Shown: piece by piece, positions 27,585 to 39,935 of the stretch
Numbering within the stretch: position 1 is the stretch's first letter
How the letters are laid out: every line of letters starts with the position of its first letter
DNA from: Octopus sinensis
Taxonomy: Eukaryota
Assembly: GCF_006345805.1 (NCBI RefSeq)
Contig: NC_043011.1
Location: forward strand, 57,796,464-57,860,463
Direction of reading: 5' to 3'
DNA length: 64,000 nt
The notes under the pieces: generated by a model
What the model was told of the DNA's origin: nothing
The model's input: the letters and a program-made list of their open reading frames with translations, nothing else
Database searches by the model: none
Program-made: the position numbers and the translations under genes

Positions 27585-27880
27585 TATATATGCATATATA
27601 TATTCATATATATAATATATATATATATATATATAGATATATATATGCATATATATTTGTATATATATTATATATATATATATTATATATATATATATAT
27701 GCACATATAGATATATATGTATGCATATGTATATATATACACATACATAAATGTATGTGTATATATATGCATACAAATACATATATATATAAATATATAC
27801 ATACATACATATGTGCATATTTATAGATATTTATATATATACACACACACACACACATATATATATATATGTATGTATAT
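27140..27880. repeat. (TA)n/(CA)n compound microsatellite
   Basis: Direct reading. Confidence 0.95.
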
Positions 27881-28349
27881 CATCATCATCATCACCATTA
27901 TGATCTGTATTTAAGAATCTGCTCTGAGCCATATACATTGGGTGTCAGCAGCATCCACGGCAGATCCATCTTCGTATTGAATTCTAGTAATGGGAAATAA
28001 CTTGCTGGGTTTCCCCAACTATTCACAATTTCCAATACGAATACGAAATACCTTTCTGGACTGGAATAATAAAGGGGGGGGGGGGTAAACATTGACAGAG
28101 TCTCTGTTCAGTTTGTGATCTCAGTATGATGAAATTCCTTTGGGGCTTTTGGCATCATCTCTCATCCATCATATTCGTAACATGTTCCACTTTCATGTTG
28201 TGAAATATTTGGAGATTTTTGTTTTTCTAATTTTATGAATGACAGTAGAAGTACTCAATATATGATGCAGAGTAAAGCTATTTTGTTATATTGTAATGTA
28301 AGAAGGGAAATACATTTTTATTTACCTAATATACTATATTGAATATATG

Positions 28350-28388
<39 letters not shown>

Positions 28389-28391
28389 ATT

Positions 28392-28785
28392 GTTCCAGGT
28401 TCAGTCCCACTGCATGGCCAAGTGTCCTCTACTACGGCCTCGGGCTGACCAAAGCCTTATGAGTGGATTTGGTAGATGGAAACTGAAAGAAGCTTGTTGT
28501 GTATATATATGTCTGTGTGTATGTGTGTGTGTATTTGTCTATGTGTGTGTGTGTGTATGTGTGTATATTTGTGTGTCTGTGTTTCTCCCCCCTGTCATCG
28601 CTTGACAACTGATGTTTGTGTGTTTATGTCCCTGTAACTTAGCGGTTCGGCATAAAAGACCAATAGAATAAATACTAGGCTTACAAAGAATAAGTCCTTT
28701 GTTCTAATTGTCTGACTAAAGGTGGTGCTCCAGCATGGCCACAGTCAAATGACTGAAAAAAGAAAAAGAATAAAAGAATAAAAAA
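28392..28785 (+). mobile_element. SINE family B
   Basis: Matches 23843-24262 from the B box to the 3' end. Confidence 0.85.
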
Positions 28786-29342
28786 ATGTGTGTGTGTGTG
28801 ATTGTGTGCACCCATTTCTGGATATAATGTGGTGATTGTAAATGTCTACCACTGTCCTACAATTGAGGTCCTTCTTTTTGAATGTGTGGGCAATATGTCT
28901 GCCCATCATCCTGCTTGGAAACAGCAACACAAAGGACATTCGACCTTAGAAAATCTGTCTCAAAACTCTGCTGGGAATCCATGCAGGCATGGAAAAATGG
29001 ACGTTAAACGACGATGATGGTTTTTGAATTAGTATAAAGTGATAATGTTTGGAAGCAAATGCAGAAGAAATTTGGAAAAGTATGCCAAGGGGCTGGATGT
29101 CCTTTCATTGATCCTCGTTCTATAGAATAAAAACATGGTAGAACTGGAAAATGGACTGATTGAATATGTCATTTTGTTACAATGCTGATTTCAATGTTTT
29201 GTGAGTAGGTCACAAAAGGATTGGTTTTATCATTTTAAGCGCTAAAATTCTTTTAACAGCTTTTACGCTTTTGCGTTCCCACCATACCGAATATGTTCTT
29301 CCTATTGTTTATTTTCCTTTTATTTTCATCTCTCTTTTGTAG

Positions 29343-29429
29343 ACAACCAACATACCATTCTCAATCCAAACTGTAGAATGCTTATATTTACAGAGTGGTT
29401 AAAAACGAAATGTAAATATGACAAAAACC
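29343..29429 (+). CDS. C22orf15: C22orf15-like coding exon 2, (D)NQHTILNPNCRMLIFTEWLKTKCKYDKN
   Basis: Long polypyrimidine acceptor ctctcttttgtag|, donor AACC|gtaagt; 87 nt, phase 1-1, open; ILNPNCR aligns with VLVNTSCR. Confidence 0.9.
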
Positions 29430-30180
29430 GTAAGTATATCTCCATAGTGTTTGTTACAAACATGTGCCGAAAGGATCCATTATTTATTGAATTTATTCAA
29501 GCCGTCACTGAGCAGAACAAGCATCTAAAATGCTGGAGATAATAAAGGGAAAGTTGTAAGTTTGGATATCTCTAGGCGAAGTACATTAGCAGCATAAGTA
29601 GAGAGATGGTTCTAAAGAAACCATGATGTCTAGCAGAAGTGCAACCTGCAGCAATTAAGTTGGATGCCAGGGCAGAAGTAGGTGACTGAGACTTATGTTG
29701 TTGACATATGGGAGGAAGATGAAAGGCAAATATTAACCACTGTAGGAATTGAACTCAAAGCATTTAAAGCTATTACTCTACACTATATACATAACAGATT
29801 GGTGGAGTTGCAAGGGCCTCAGGCAAAATTGCTTGATGGCATTTATTGGATCGATGCATTCTGAGTTCAAATTCTACTGAGGTCAGCTTGTGGCTTTATG
29901 GCATTTATTGGATCGCTGCATTCTGAGTTCAAATTCTACTGAGGTAAGCTTTGTGGTTTATCTTTCTGGAGTTGATTAAATAAAGTACCAGGTTGAGGTT
30001 AGGAAGGGGAAAGGCATCCAGTTGTAGAAACCATGTGGAAACTGATCCACTGGAGTAAACCAATCTTATCCAGCCTGTCACATCCTGTTGAATCATTTAA
30101 CCCATGGCAGCATAGAAAGTAGAGGATGTAGTATTATTATCATTATCATTATCATTATTAATATCATCATCATCATTATA

Positions 30181-30225
<45 letters not shown>

Positions 30226-30442
30226 GCACTCGATTTTACTTGCTCTGGTTGATTCTGTGAGAATGGAAAGCAACCAGTTGTCAGAGGTCTCACAGGTTGT
30301 CTACCCACAGACTATAAACCTCCTCCTCCTTTTTCTTCTTCTTCTTCTTCTTCTTCTTCTTCTTCTTCTTCTTCTTCTTCTTCTTCTTCTTCTTCTCCGC
30401 CTTCTTCTTCCTTGTCGTCATATTATTATTCTTCTTATTATA

Positions 30443-30655
30443 TAAGGTGGTGAGCTGGTAGAATCCTTAGCATGCTGGGCGAAATGCTTAGCGGTATTTA
30501 TTTCTGAGTTCAAACCCCGCTGAGGTCAACTTTGTCTTTCATCCTTTGGTGGTCGATAAATTAATTACCAGTGAAACACTGGAGTCAACGTAATCAACTT
30601 GTTCCCTCCTCCCCAAAAATTGCAGGCCTTGTGCCTTTATTAGAAAGGATTATTA
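30443..30655 (+). mobile_element. SINE family A
   Basis: aaggtggtgagctggtagaa head, core, tail gcaggccttgtgcct. Confidence 0.8.
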
Positions 30656-30674
30656 CCATTATCATTATTATTGC

Positions 30675-30723
<49 letters not shown>

Positions 30724-31623
30724 GGCTTTGTTGGAAGTCCTGGAGACTTATATGCATAGGGGCTTTGCTATGTGCCACCCATGGCACCAATAATTGGCAC
30801 TATCTTAAGGCCCCAACAATAATTGGCACTATCCTCAACTCTTTTATTTTCCAGTCAAGTTATCTTGAATTTAAGACGATTGTACATGCCTATTTTTTCC
30901 CTCCCTTCTTAACTGTTTATGTGTGTTTTATTTAATTAGGGTACTTAACTTCCTCTCCCTCTCAAGACAACATAACTCTCTCTGTCTCTCTCCTTCTCTC
31001 TTTCTATTCCTCCCCCTCGCTCCCCTCTTTCTTCTCCTCTCTCAAGATAGCATAACACCCTTAACAAGTAATCTCTAACGCTGAAACAAGATCAGATTTT
31101 CTGTTGTAAAAATAGTATAATCCATTTAATTCCCCCAACATATGACTGGTGCATCTTTACTTATTCGGATTAACCCAAAGTTAATCCCTGGGTGGTTTTA
31201 GCTCAGACTGTAAAGAGGATATAACTAAATAAATATCATACAACATTCTTCTTTTTCTGCCAGTAACCAATATTTTACTTGAATATCCATTACAGAATAT
31301 CTTTGGAAATTCCATTATGCGGCTATGTTAATACCATCTTTACAATGGCGTAGTGGCTTATTTGCAACCACTTGCCTGTGAAGGACGTATATTCTTGCAC
31401 TGGACATTGTAGAGTACTTCTACATTAAAATATATCAAAAATATCTTTATGGTCAGCATCTCGGCATCAGGTTGGCCTGAATGATATATTCAAATGTCAA
31501 AGCTACCGTCTTTTATTCTCTAAGTTCAATATTTCATTGTTTTGTGGCTCAATTACATCATTCCATCTTCATTATATATACACATATATACACACGCACA
31601 CATATGCATACATAAATATATAC

Positions 31624-31670
<47 letters not shown>

Positions 31671-32214
31671 ATATAAAATTATATATGTATGTATATATAT
31701 ATATATAAATGTATATATGTATGAATGTATGTACATACATATGTATATGTGTTTATGTATGTATATATATATATATATAGGTGTATATATGGAAATCCAA
31801 TCTGTTGTGTATTATAATACAATCTTGCTGGAATCTAAACAATTGTAGTGATAAATCTATAAATATGATATTTAGTCATTAATCAAGTTTGTCTAAATGT
31901 CAGGAATAGGTATCAGGTGTTCTGGAAATGTTACCTGTGTGATGTGGGACTAATGTCTTATATAGAGAGAAAGAAAGGAGAAAACAAAGGAAGGGAAAGT
32001 GAGAGGGAGAAAGAGAGGGAGAGAGAGAGTATGTATGTATGTATGTATGTATGTATGTATGTATGTATGTATGCAGGTATGTATGTATGTATGTATGTAT
32101 GCATGCATGCATGTATGTGCGTGTATATATATATATATAATCAATTCAAAAAAGCACAAAAATAAACGACTGCGTGGATATATCACAAGCAATGTATTAA
32201 TAATAATAATAATA

Positions 32215-32250
<36 letters not shown>

Positions 32251-32730
32251 TATATATATATATATATCTGTGTGTGTGTGTGTGTATGTATTTATATATA
32301 TATGTGTATATTTGTATCCATGTATATATAGACACTCATGCGCTCATTCTATATATATATATATATATATATACACATACATACATATATGAAAAAATAT
32401 GTATGCACACACACACACACATACATATATACACCATATATACTTGCACAGGCAGGCACATGTATATATGTATATCTATAATATATGGCCTAAAATTATC
32501 TTCACATCTCTGTACAGTTAACTTCTATAAATTGACGAGATCTTCTGTTCACAATCCGGTGCCGACCACTTTTTCCCCAGTTCCTCTCTGTAAACTGCAG
32601 CATTTCATCATCTCATTTTGTCTAATTTTCATATCAAACGCACTTCACACATCAACATTTTAGTCATTCTTTTCTTTTTTTGCTGTCATCCTGACACTCA
32701 TCGAAGGATGTTTTATTCTCTCTTTTCCAG

Positions 32731-32847
32731 TTGAAATCGATCTGATGGATTTTTCTGGAAACATATTAAACTTGTCTTCTTCTCAGCGACCGTATGCAAA
32801 TGAAGTTATTAACGTGGGCGACGCCTACGTCCTTCTATCTGTGGAAC
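32731..32847 (+). CDS. C22orf15: C22orf15-like coding exon 3, (L)EIDLMDFSGNILNLSSSQRPYANEVINVGDAYVLLSVE
   Basis: Acceptor attctctcttttccag|, donor GAAC|gtaaga; 117 nt, phase 1-1; IDLMDFSGNILNL and AYVLL align with IALLAEDGNLVSL and IYVLV. Confidence 0.92.
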
Positions 32848-33069
32848 GTAAGATAAATCTTTATGCATAGCTTCTATCTTGATTGGCTTTCGTTGGCAGA
32901 CAGTGCATGTGTCTTTAGTTTATATTCCACAGCTAGTTATTTCTCTCAGCTATGATTACTGCAACCGTAATAGCCTGACCAGCTGACCACATAATCAGGA
33001 GTTCAGCCATTCTTACTGCGGACTAGCAACTGTGTTGAACACTCATTCAAAGTGTCTTAATTCACTTGT

Positions 33070-34088
33070 GCATTTCGATTTCAGACACAAGGCCAGCAAT
33101 TTCGAGGGCGAGGTAAGTCGATAACTCGACCCCAGTACGCAGCTGGTTCTTATTTTATCGCAGCTGGCCCCAATTTTATTGCAGCTGGTCCCTATTTTAT
33201 CGCAGCTGGTCCTTATTTTATCGCAGCTGGTCCCTATTTTATCGCAGCTGGTCCATATTTTATTGCAGCTGGTCCCTATTTTATCGCAGCTGGTCCATAT
33301 TTTATCGCAGCTGGTCCCTATTTTATCGCAGCTGGTCCATATTTTATTGCAGCTGGTCCCTATTTTATTGCAGCTGGTCCCTATTTTATCACAGCTGGTC
33401 CTTATTTTATCGCAGCTGGTCCCTATTTTATCGCAGCTGGTCCCAATTTTTATCGCAGCTGGTCCCAATTTTTATCGCAGCTGGTCCCTATTTTTATCGC
33501 AGCTGGTCCCTATTTTATCGCAGCTGGTCCCTATTTTATCACAGCTGGTCCTTATTTTATCGCAGCTGGTCCCTATTTTATCACAGCTGGTCCTTATTTT
33601 ATCGCAGCTGGTCCCTATTTTATCGCAGCTGGTCTCAATTTTATCGCAGCTAGTCCTTATTTTATCGCAGCTGTTCCCTATTTTATCGCAGCTGGTCCCT
33701 ATTTTATCACAGCTGGTCCCTATTTTTATCGCAGCTAGTCCTTATTTTATCGCAGCTGGTCCCTATTTTATCACAGCTGGTCCTTATTTTATCGCAGCTG
33801 GTCCCTATTTTATCGCAGCTGGTCCCTATTTTATCACAGCTGGTCCTTATTTTATCGCAGCTGGTCTCAATTTTATCGCAGCTAGTCCTTATTTTATCGC
33901 AGCTGGTCCCTATTTTATCGCAGCTGGCCCCAATTTTATCGCAGCTGGTCCTTATTTTATCGCCTCCGAAAAAAGGATGAAAGGCAAAGTCGACCTGAGT
34001 GGAATTTAAACTCTGCAGAACCTAAAGAAGGGCCAAATGCGGTTACTTCCCCGGTGTTCTGACGATTCGGTCACCTCACCGCCGCCTT
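33070..34088 (-). mobile_element. SINE family A interrupted by an internally amplified 21-bp array
   Basis: SINE tail 33070-33137, array, then core and head remnants 33964-34088. Confidence 0.8.
33138..33963. repeat. Minisatellite, about 39 copies of a 21-bp unit (CGCAGCTGGTCCCTATTTTAT)
   Basis: Direct reading; a few 22-bp units shift the frame of the artefactual 276-aa ORF. Confidence 0.95.
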
Positions 34089-34544
34089 CATTTGCTTATA
34101 ATGACAGTGGCTTACCTGAGTCAGTACAGAGTTTGATAGAAGACATTGCCGTATTGGTTGTCTCTTTGTCCTTGTTCAGTTCCTAAGGAGATCAACTTCG
34201 CCTTTTATCTTTCTGGGTCGTTCAAACAAAAAAAAAAGTACCAGTCTACTGTGATCGAATGAAAGTGTTGTTGGAGCAGCTGGCAGGAGCACTGGCAGTA
34301 TCTGTTTTTGCTGTGTGTATTCCGAGATTAGAATCTTGACTCATTGCCATAAAAGTAACACACCTATGGAGAATTGCGACTGACAGTTCATAGCAACAGG
34401 AAAACCATATTGGAAACATAGATTCCTTGGTTCACTCGGAAGATTAACTTCCACCTCCCCACCGCCATCTACATATGGAACTGGTTGATGTCTGATTTCA
34501 TAATTCTTCACAAATTCTTCGCATTGCAACCACCAAGCTTTGTG

Positions 34545-34650
34545 TTCTGCTCCACTGCGTGACATCTTGTTCAATTCACTTCTACTATAACCCCAGGTCG
34601 AGCAATGCTTGTAGTTGAATTAGTGAATGGAAACTGTGTTGAAGCCTGTA

Positions 34651-34744
<94 letters not shown>

Positions 34745-34980
34745 GTGTGTGTGTGTGTGTGTATGTATGTTTTTGTGTTGTCCACTATATCGTGACAACT
34801 GGTGCTGGTTTGTTTAAGAGCCCGTAACATAGCAGTTCGGCAACAGAGATCGATAAAATAAGTACCAGACTTTAAAAATAAGTCCGGGGTGGGGGCGATG
34901 TGTTGGAATAAGTCTCTCAAGGCAGTGCCCCAGCATGGCCGTAGTCCAATGACTGAAACAAGTCAAAAATTAAAGATAAA
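34545..34980 (+). mobile_element. SINE family B
   Basis: Diverged 5' half, (TA)n slot, conserved 3' half. Confidence 0.75.
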
Positions 34981-35133
34981 AGATTCATATAGGAATTGAT
35001 GGAGAGGCTGAAATAAAAATTTCCAAAGAACAAATCAGGAACGGAGCCTTTCTGTAGCACCGTCCTGCAAACTGCCCAGGATAACACGGTCTTTTAGTCA
35101 GTCCTAAAGCATTCATTGTCTTATTGTCCCAAG

Positions 35134-35210
<77 letters not shown>

Positions 35211-35664
35211 ATCAGCGGAGTACTTTTGTTTATTTTTGTGATCGATCGTGTCTGACCTTGGGTTAAACAAAACAATACACAGAGACAGAACTTTAACACT
35301 AACATCATGCTCAAATTTCTGAGAAATATTGCAATCATCCTAGCATGAATAAAATGTATGTAAAAAGTTAAATAAGACAGTTATTCTTAAAACAAAAAAT
35401 ATTATTTTACTTTTAATTATAATAGTTATTTTTTTGTTTTGTTCTAAGGAAGAATATAAAATAATTTGTAGTCCAATTAACAAATGTCTAGAAGACGTCA
35501 GTCATGCATAAACAACTTTAATGTAGACTAACTTGAATGATCAGAATTTGGATCAGTCATTTTCCATATCAATTACTTTTGTTATTTATTGTTATTTATT
35601 GTCTCCAGAAATATTAAACAGTTGTATAGACGTCGCAACGAATGGTATAATTTATCTATTTCAG

Positions 35665-35733
35665 GTGATAATGGGAATATCAAATATATTTCATTATTGG
35701 AAAATCTAGAGAAAATCCACCCGGAACTTTACA
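35665..35733 (+). CDS. C22orf15: C22orf15-like coding exon 4, (R)DNGNIKYISLLENLEKIHPELY
   Basis: Acceptor ttatctatttcag|, donor TACA|gtaggt; 69 nt, phase 1-1; KYISLLENLEKIHPEL closely matches RYESLLENLDDHYPEL. Confidence 0.9.
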
Positions 35734-35990
35734 GTAGGTATTTCCTTCCCACTTGTGGAATCATTTTGTCATTTATTCATTTTTTTTTTGGAAACTGTAT
35801 ATCTTTTACTTGTTTCAATTATCGGTCCATCACGGTATATATTTGCTGGTCGGATGGGGTTGAGGTCAGAGTGATGGCGCGAAAAGGTAGAGATGTTCGG
35901 GTGGAGATAGAGGCGAGGGTTAATTTTAACATCCTGCGCAGTGCTGTACATGCATGTGTGTATAGGAATCAATATATATATATATATTAT

Positions 35991-36040
<50 letters not shown>

Positions 36041-36265
36041 ATATATATATCACGGTTGATTGTGGTAAGTCTTATATTAATTCTTCAGATTTCCCTGGGG
36101 GAAAACGGTGGGTGCACCAGTGCTGATATTCATGGTGCAGGTGAGCAGTTTGTTAGGACAAATCTGCTCCCTGAAGAACAGGACCAAATTCCTCGCTCCT
36201 AAAGTTAAGGTCGGCGCCCGTGTGGAGAGGGTTTTGCTTGATTCTTTACTCGGTCAAGTATAGTG

Positions 36266-36594
36266 GGTTGTTGAATGAACGGGTGAGAGTGTGAGTGAGC
36301 GGATGTGTGAGTAAGTGAGTGAGTGAGCGAGCGAATGAGTGGGCGAGTGAGTGAGCGAGCGAATGAGTGGGCGAGTGAGTGAGTGATCGGGTGGATGAGT
36401 AAGCAGGTGGATGAGTGAGTGCTACTAAGGAAAATGAACTCACACACTCACCACCCACTCATCCATCCGCTCATTCACTCACTCACTTACTCATCCACCC
36501 GCTCACTCACTCAATCATCCTCTCGATCACTCACTCACTCACTCACTCACTCACACATCCGTTCAATCACACTCTCACCTGTTCATTCAACAAC
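36266..36594. repeat. Inverted (GAGT)n/(ACTC)n-rich fold-back
   Basis: gttgttgaatgaacgggtgagagtgtgagtgagcggatgtgtgagt is mirrored by actcacacatccgttcaatcacactctcacctgttcattcaacaac. Confidence 0.7.
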
Positions 36595-36894
36595 ACACTC
36601 CTTCAACCACCTACCTTCTCAATTACTCACCCACTCTCTCTCTCTCTTATCCACCCGCTCACCCACCCAACGGCTCGCTCATCCTCTCTTCACTCAATCA
36701 CTCACTCAAACGACATCATTTAAAGCATTCAATCCCAATGTATATGAGGAACACAGATCGATAAATCGAGTATCACAATCAATACTGGGATAAGTACGAT
36801 TGTACCAAAAAGAGCTTGGTGGCGATGCTCTAGCATGGCCGTAGCCCAAAGACAGAAATCCTGTGAAATATTTAAGACAAATAAACAAATATAG

Positions 36895-37265
36895 GTGCAG
36901 GCGTGGCTGTGTGGTAAGAAGCTGCTTACCAACCACATGGTTCCTGGTTCAGTCCTACTTGGTGCCTTCTTAGGCAAGAGTCTTCTACTACACCCTTGGA
37001 CCGAACAAAGCCTTGTCAGTAGATTTGGTAGATGGAAACTGAAAGAAGACCGTTGTGTATGTGGTTGTCCTCACTAATGCTTGACAACTGGCGTTGGTGT
37101 GTTTACGTTCCCGTCATTTAGCGGTTCGGCATAAGGCACTGTTAGAATAAGTACCATGCTTAGAAATATTTTTAAAAAAAGTAGTGGAAGTGATTCATTC
37201 AACCAAAAATTCTTTACGGCGGTGCCCCAGCATGGGCGCAGTCTAATGAGTGAAAACAAGTAAAA
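36895..37265 (+). mobile_element. SINE family B, full-length, preceded by a 3' fragment (36760-36880)
   Basis: gcaggcgtggctgtgtggtaagaag head to cagcatgggcgcagtc end. Confidence 0.85.
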
Positions 37266-37879
37266 GATTAAAAAATATATATATTTGCCTGACTGAAGCA
37301 GTGTTTTATCTCTTTGTTAGAATTGGAAGCAAATGGAAAAGCTCTGCTCTTCAAATCGCGTTTAGTTGCATTAATACAATAAGCGAAGCAGTTTGAAAAA
37401 AATAATGGAATCAGAGCTGAACAACTGAATCCATTTAAAAATAAGTTATTTCCATCACCGTTCTACAGCTGCTTCATTAATAGTATTTTACTTAGAATAA
37501 GGCCACAAATACATAACGAGGATTGAATGCTGTGTTGTTCCTTTCTCTGGGGAATTAGTTTCCTACGCGGAATGAATTTGATTTGATTAAAAACCAAAAA
37601 GTGGGTTGCCAAACTACAATGGATATCTTCGCTCTCTCATGTTCGTTGGTGAAATATTGACTGAACTTAGCAAAAGTTAGATGTAATTCTTCTCTTCAAA
37701 GATAAGAAGAGAGAAAAGAGAAAAGATGAAAGCCGTTGCCGAAAATGGTGATTGCTTGCAAAAGATGTTCAGCTTTAATTTAGATTTTCTCAGTTGATAA
37801 ACAAGAGCCGCAGTGTCGGCCACGCGGTTGCGAGATCGTATTCTGCTATATTATTCCTTTATCTTTTATTTGCTATAAT

Positions 37880-38060
37880 TACTGAACCGCGGCCAAGCTG
37901 GGGCACTGCCTTCACGTGTTTTAGTCGAACAAATCGACCCCAGTATCTAGGTTTTAAAACTCTGGTACTAAGTACTAATTCTAACGGTCTCTTTTACTGA
38001 ATCGCTAAGTTAGGTGGACGATAACGAAGCAACACCAGTTATCCAGTAGGTGGGAACACA

Positions 38061-38118
<58 letters not shown>

Positions 38119-38250
38119 TATATACTGGACTTCTAGATAGTTTTCTTCTACAAAATTCAGTCATAAGATATTGGTTGGCCCGGGATTATAGTAGAAGACC
38201 CAAATTACTAAGCAATGGGACCAATCCCGAAACCACGCGACCCAAAAACG
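37880..38250 (-). mobile_element. SINE family B
   Basis: gcggccaagctggggcactgcc...aatcgctaagtta...ggcccgggattatagtagaagac. Confidence 0.75.
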
Positions 38251-39596
38251 TTATTCTTGATCGCAGAGTTCCCCCAGTCCTTTGTGGAATTGTAGACGAA
38301 CACCACAGCATAAAATTAGCTGGTGTTTCTTGGTCAGCTATCAGGGCTAAGTTCATCTTCATTTGTGGAGCTGCCGAATTTCGTTACGCGGGAAGCCTCT
38401 GTGTGGTCGTCCAATATGCTACAAATAAGAGTCAAATGTCATTTAAAGCACAGGCGGGTGGAGGTGGGGTCTAAGTCAGATTACACCGACTCCCAGTTGT
38501 CGACTGGTATTTAGTTAATCGACCCCGAAAGGATGAAAGTCCATGTCTACCGCGGCAAAGTCTCCAAAATATCAAAATCTTATTTTGCCTGGGGCTCAGT
38601 TCGATAACAGGACTCAGTAAAATTTGTGGTGGTCGGAAAGTGTCCGTACTTTCCCTCGTTGGCAATATGCTTTGAACCATCATAAGATGCTTTTTGAGCC
38701 ATCTTGAGAAACCTGTCGTACCATCAAGTCATAGGTACCCTGGCGAAACTCCCTCTCCAGTGTTCACGTCTCGGTTTCATAGAGTAAATGTTTCCTCTTC
38801 ATTGTCGACGAGACAGATTTACCATGTAATAACAGGAATTTATCTCCTTCTCAAACACGTCTTGTCTATAACGTTATAAATACACAGACCCAATTAGTTT
38901 GATAACAATAGCCTTCAGATTGTATCTCATTTCTATAAAATCATGACAAATCCTGTTTGTAATCGTTAAATCCATTAGAAACAGCGGCTCGACCTCCCTC
39001 AAACAACATTCTAGACTCTTAAGAAGCGAACAATAAGGCGACATTTGATAACACAGTGTTTACTTCTAAGAATAAACGATGTTTGTTCGATCAACGTCAA
39101 CCTGGATTAGATAATAGTTGTTACGTTGCACGATTCTAGAAACCTTTATACTCTCAACTGCCGTTTGATTTTGATAACAGCACTCTAGAGCAAGAATCGT
39201 AAACTTACCGCTGCCAAAATTCATGACACCATTATTTCCATTCTGCAAGACAGACACTTTTTACACATGAGAGCATTTCTGTGCTCTACGCATCATGCTG
39301 GCATTAACCATCCAGCTGATATGCTATTCAATCATTTTCATTTAATATTACGATTCTAGTCTTTACAAATGAGAACCAGAGAATAGAAAAATGACCTTTA
39401 GCCTCGTGTTTGTCTATATTAACTTTGCTATCGAATTTATATCTTCAGTATTTCACCTTTGAGTCCTATCAGCCAAAGTTCAAAGCATGCGCCATGCTAT
39501 TACAAATGGCAACAAAGAAACTTGACTCTAATGGCTATTTCTATTTTTTTACTTTCCTCGTGATCAATAATTCGATGAAAAGATGTTGTTTTTCAG

Positions 39597-39721
39597 ACAA
39601 GCTGGAAAGATTGTCCGGAAGTTCGAAATCACCGGCGAGAAGTGTGAGCGGGAAATCAAGAAAGTCTGGCAAGAATAACAAATTGAAATCAACTCCGTCA
39701 CCAAACGTAAACCAGCGTTAG
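39597..39721 (+). CDS. C22orf15: C22orf15-like terminal coding exon 5, (N)KLERLSGSSKSPARSVSGKSRKSGKNNKLKSTPSPNVNQR*
   Basis: Acceptor tgttgtttttcag|; phase-1 continuation gives ERLSG (cf. RRLSG) and a basic Ser/Lys tail; TAG ends at 39721; spliced CDS 435 nt = 144 aa. Confidence 0.85.
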
Positions 39722-39935
39722 CAGAAGGGATGTTTTGAAGATGAAGGTCTGTGACCGACGGAAGTGGGGTGTCAGTTTATCGAAAACACTTGATCGAAAA
39801 CAGTTATTTAAAAAAAAAAATCAGTTGATTGATGGAACAGTAGCTCGAATCAACCAATTAAACGAATTTAGTAAATATTCGAAATACGGAAAACAGGGTG
39901 AAGTAAAAAGGAAACAGCCCCCCATGTTCCATTAA

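Noticed and set aside
29835-29950. About 60-bp direct duplication of a SINE fragment
   Set aside because: Ordinary local tandem duplication in a decayed SINE.
33043-34009. 276-aa and 141-aa heptad-repeat ORFs; possible CRISPR-like array
   Set aside because: Products of the 21-bp SINE-derived minisatellite. Units are directly adjacent with no unique spacers, and the context is eukaryotic.
35257-35318. Minus-strand signal-peptide-like exon (MMLVLKFCLCVLFCLTQ, phase-1 end)
   Set aside because: Donor gtcaga is weak, and no convincing downstream exon or homology was found; hydrophobic stretches arise easily in T-rich DNA.
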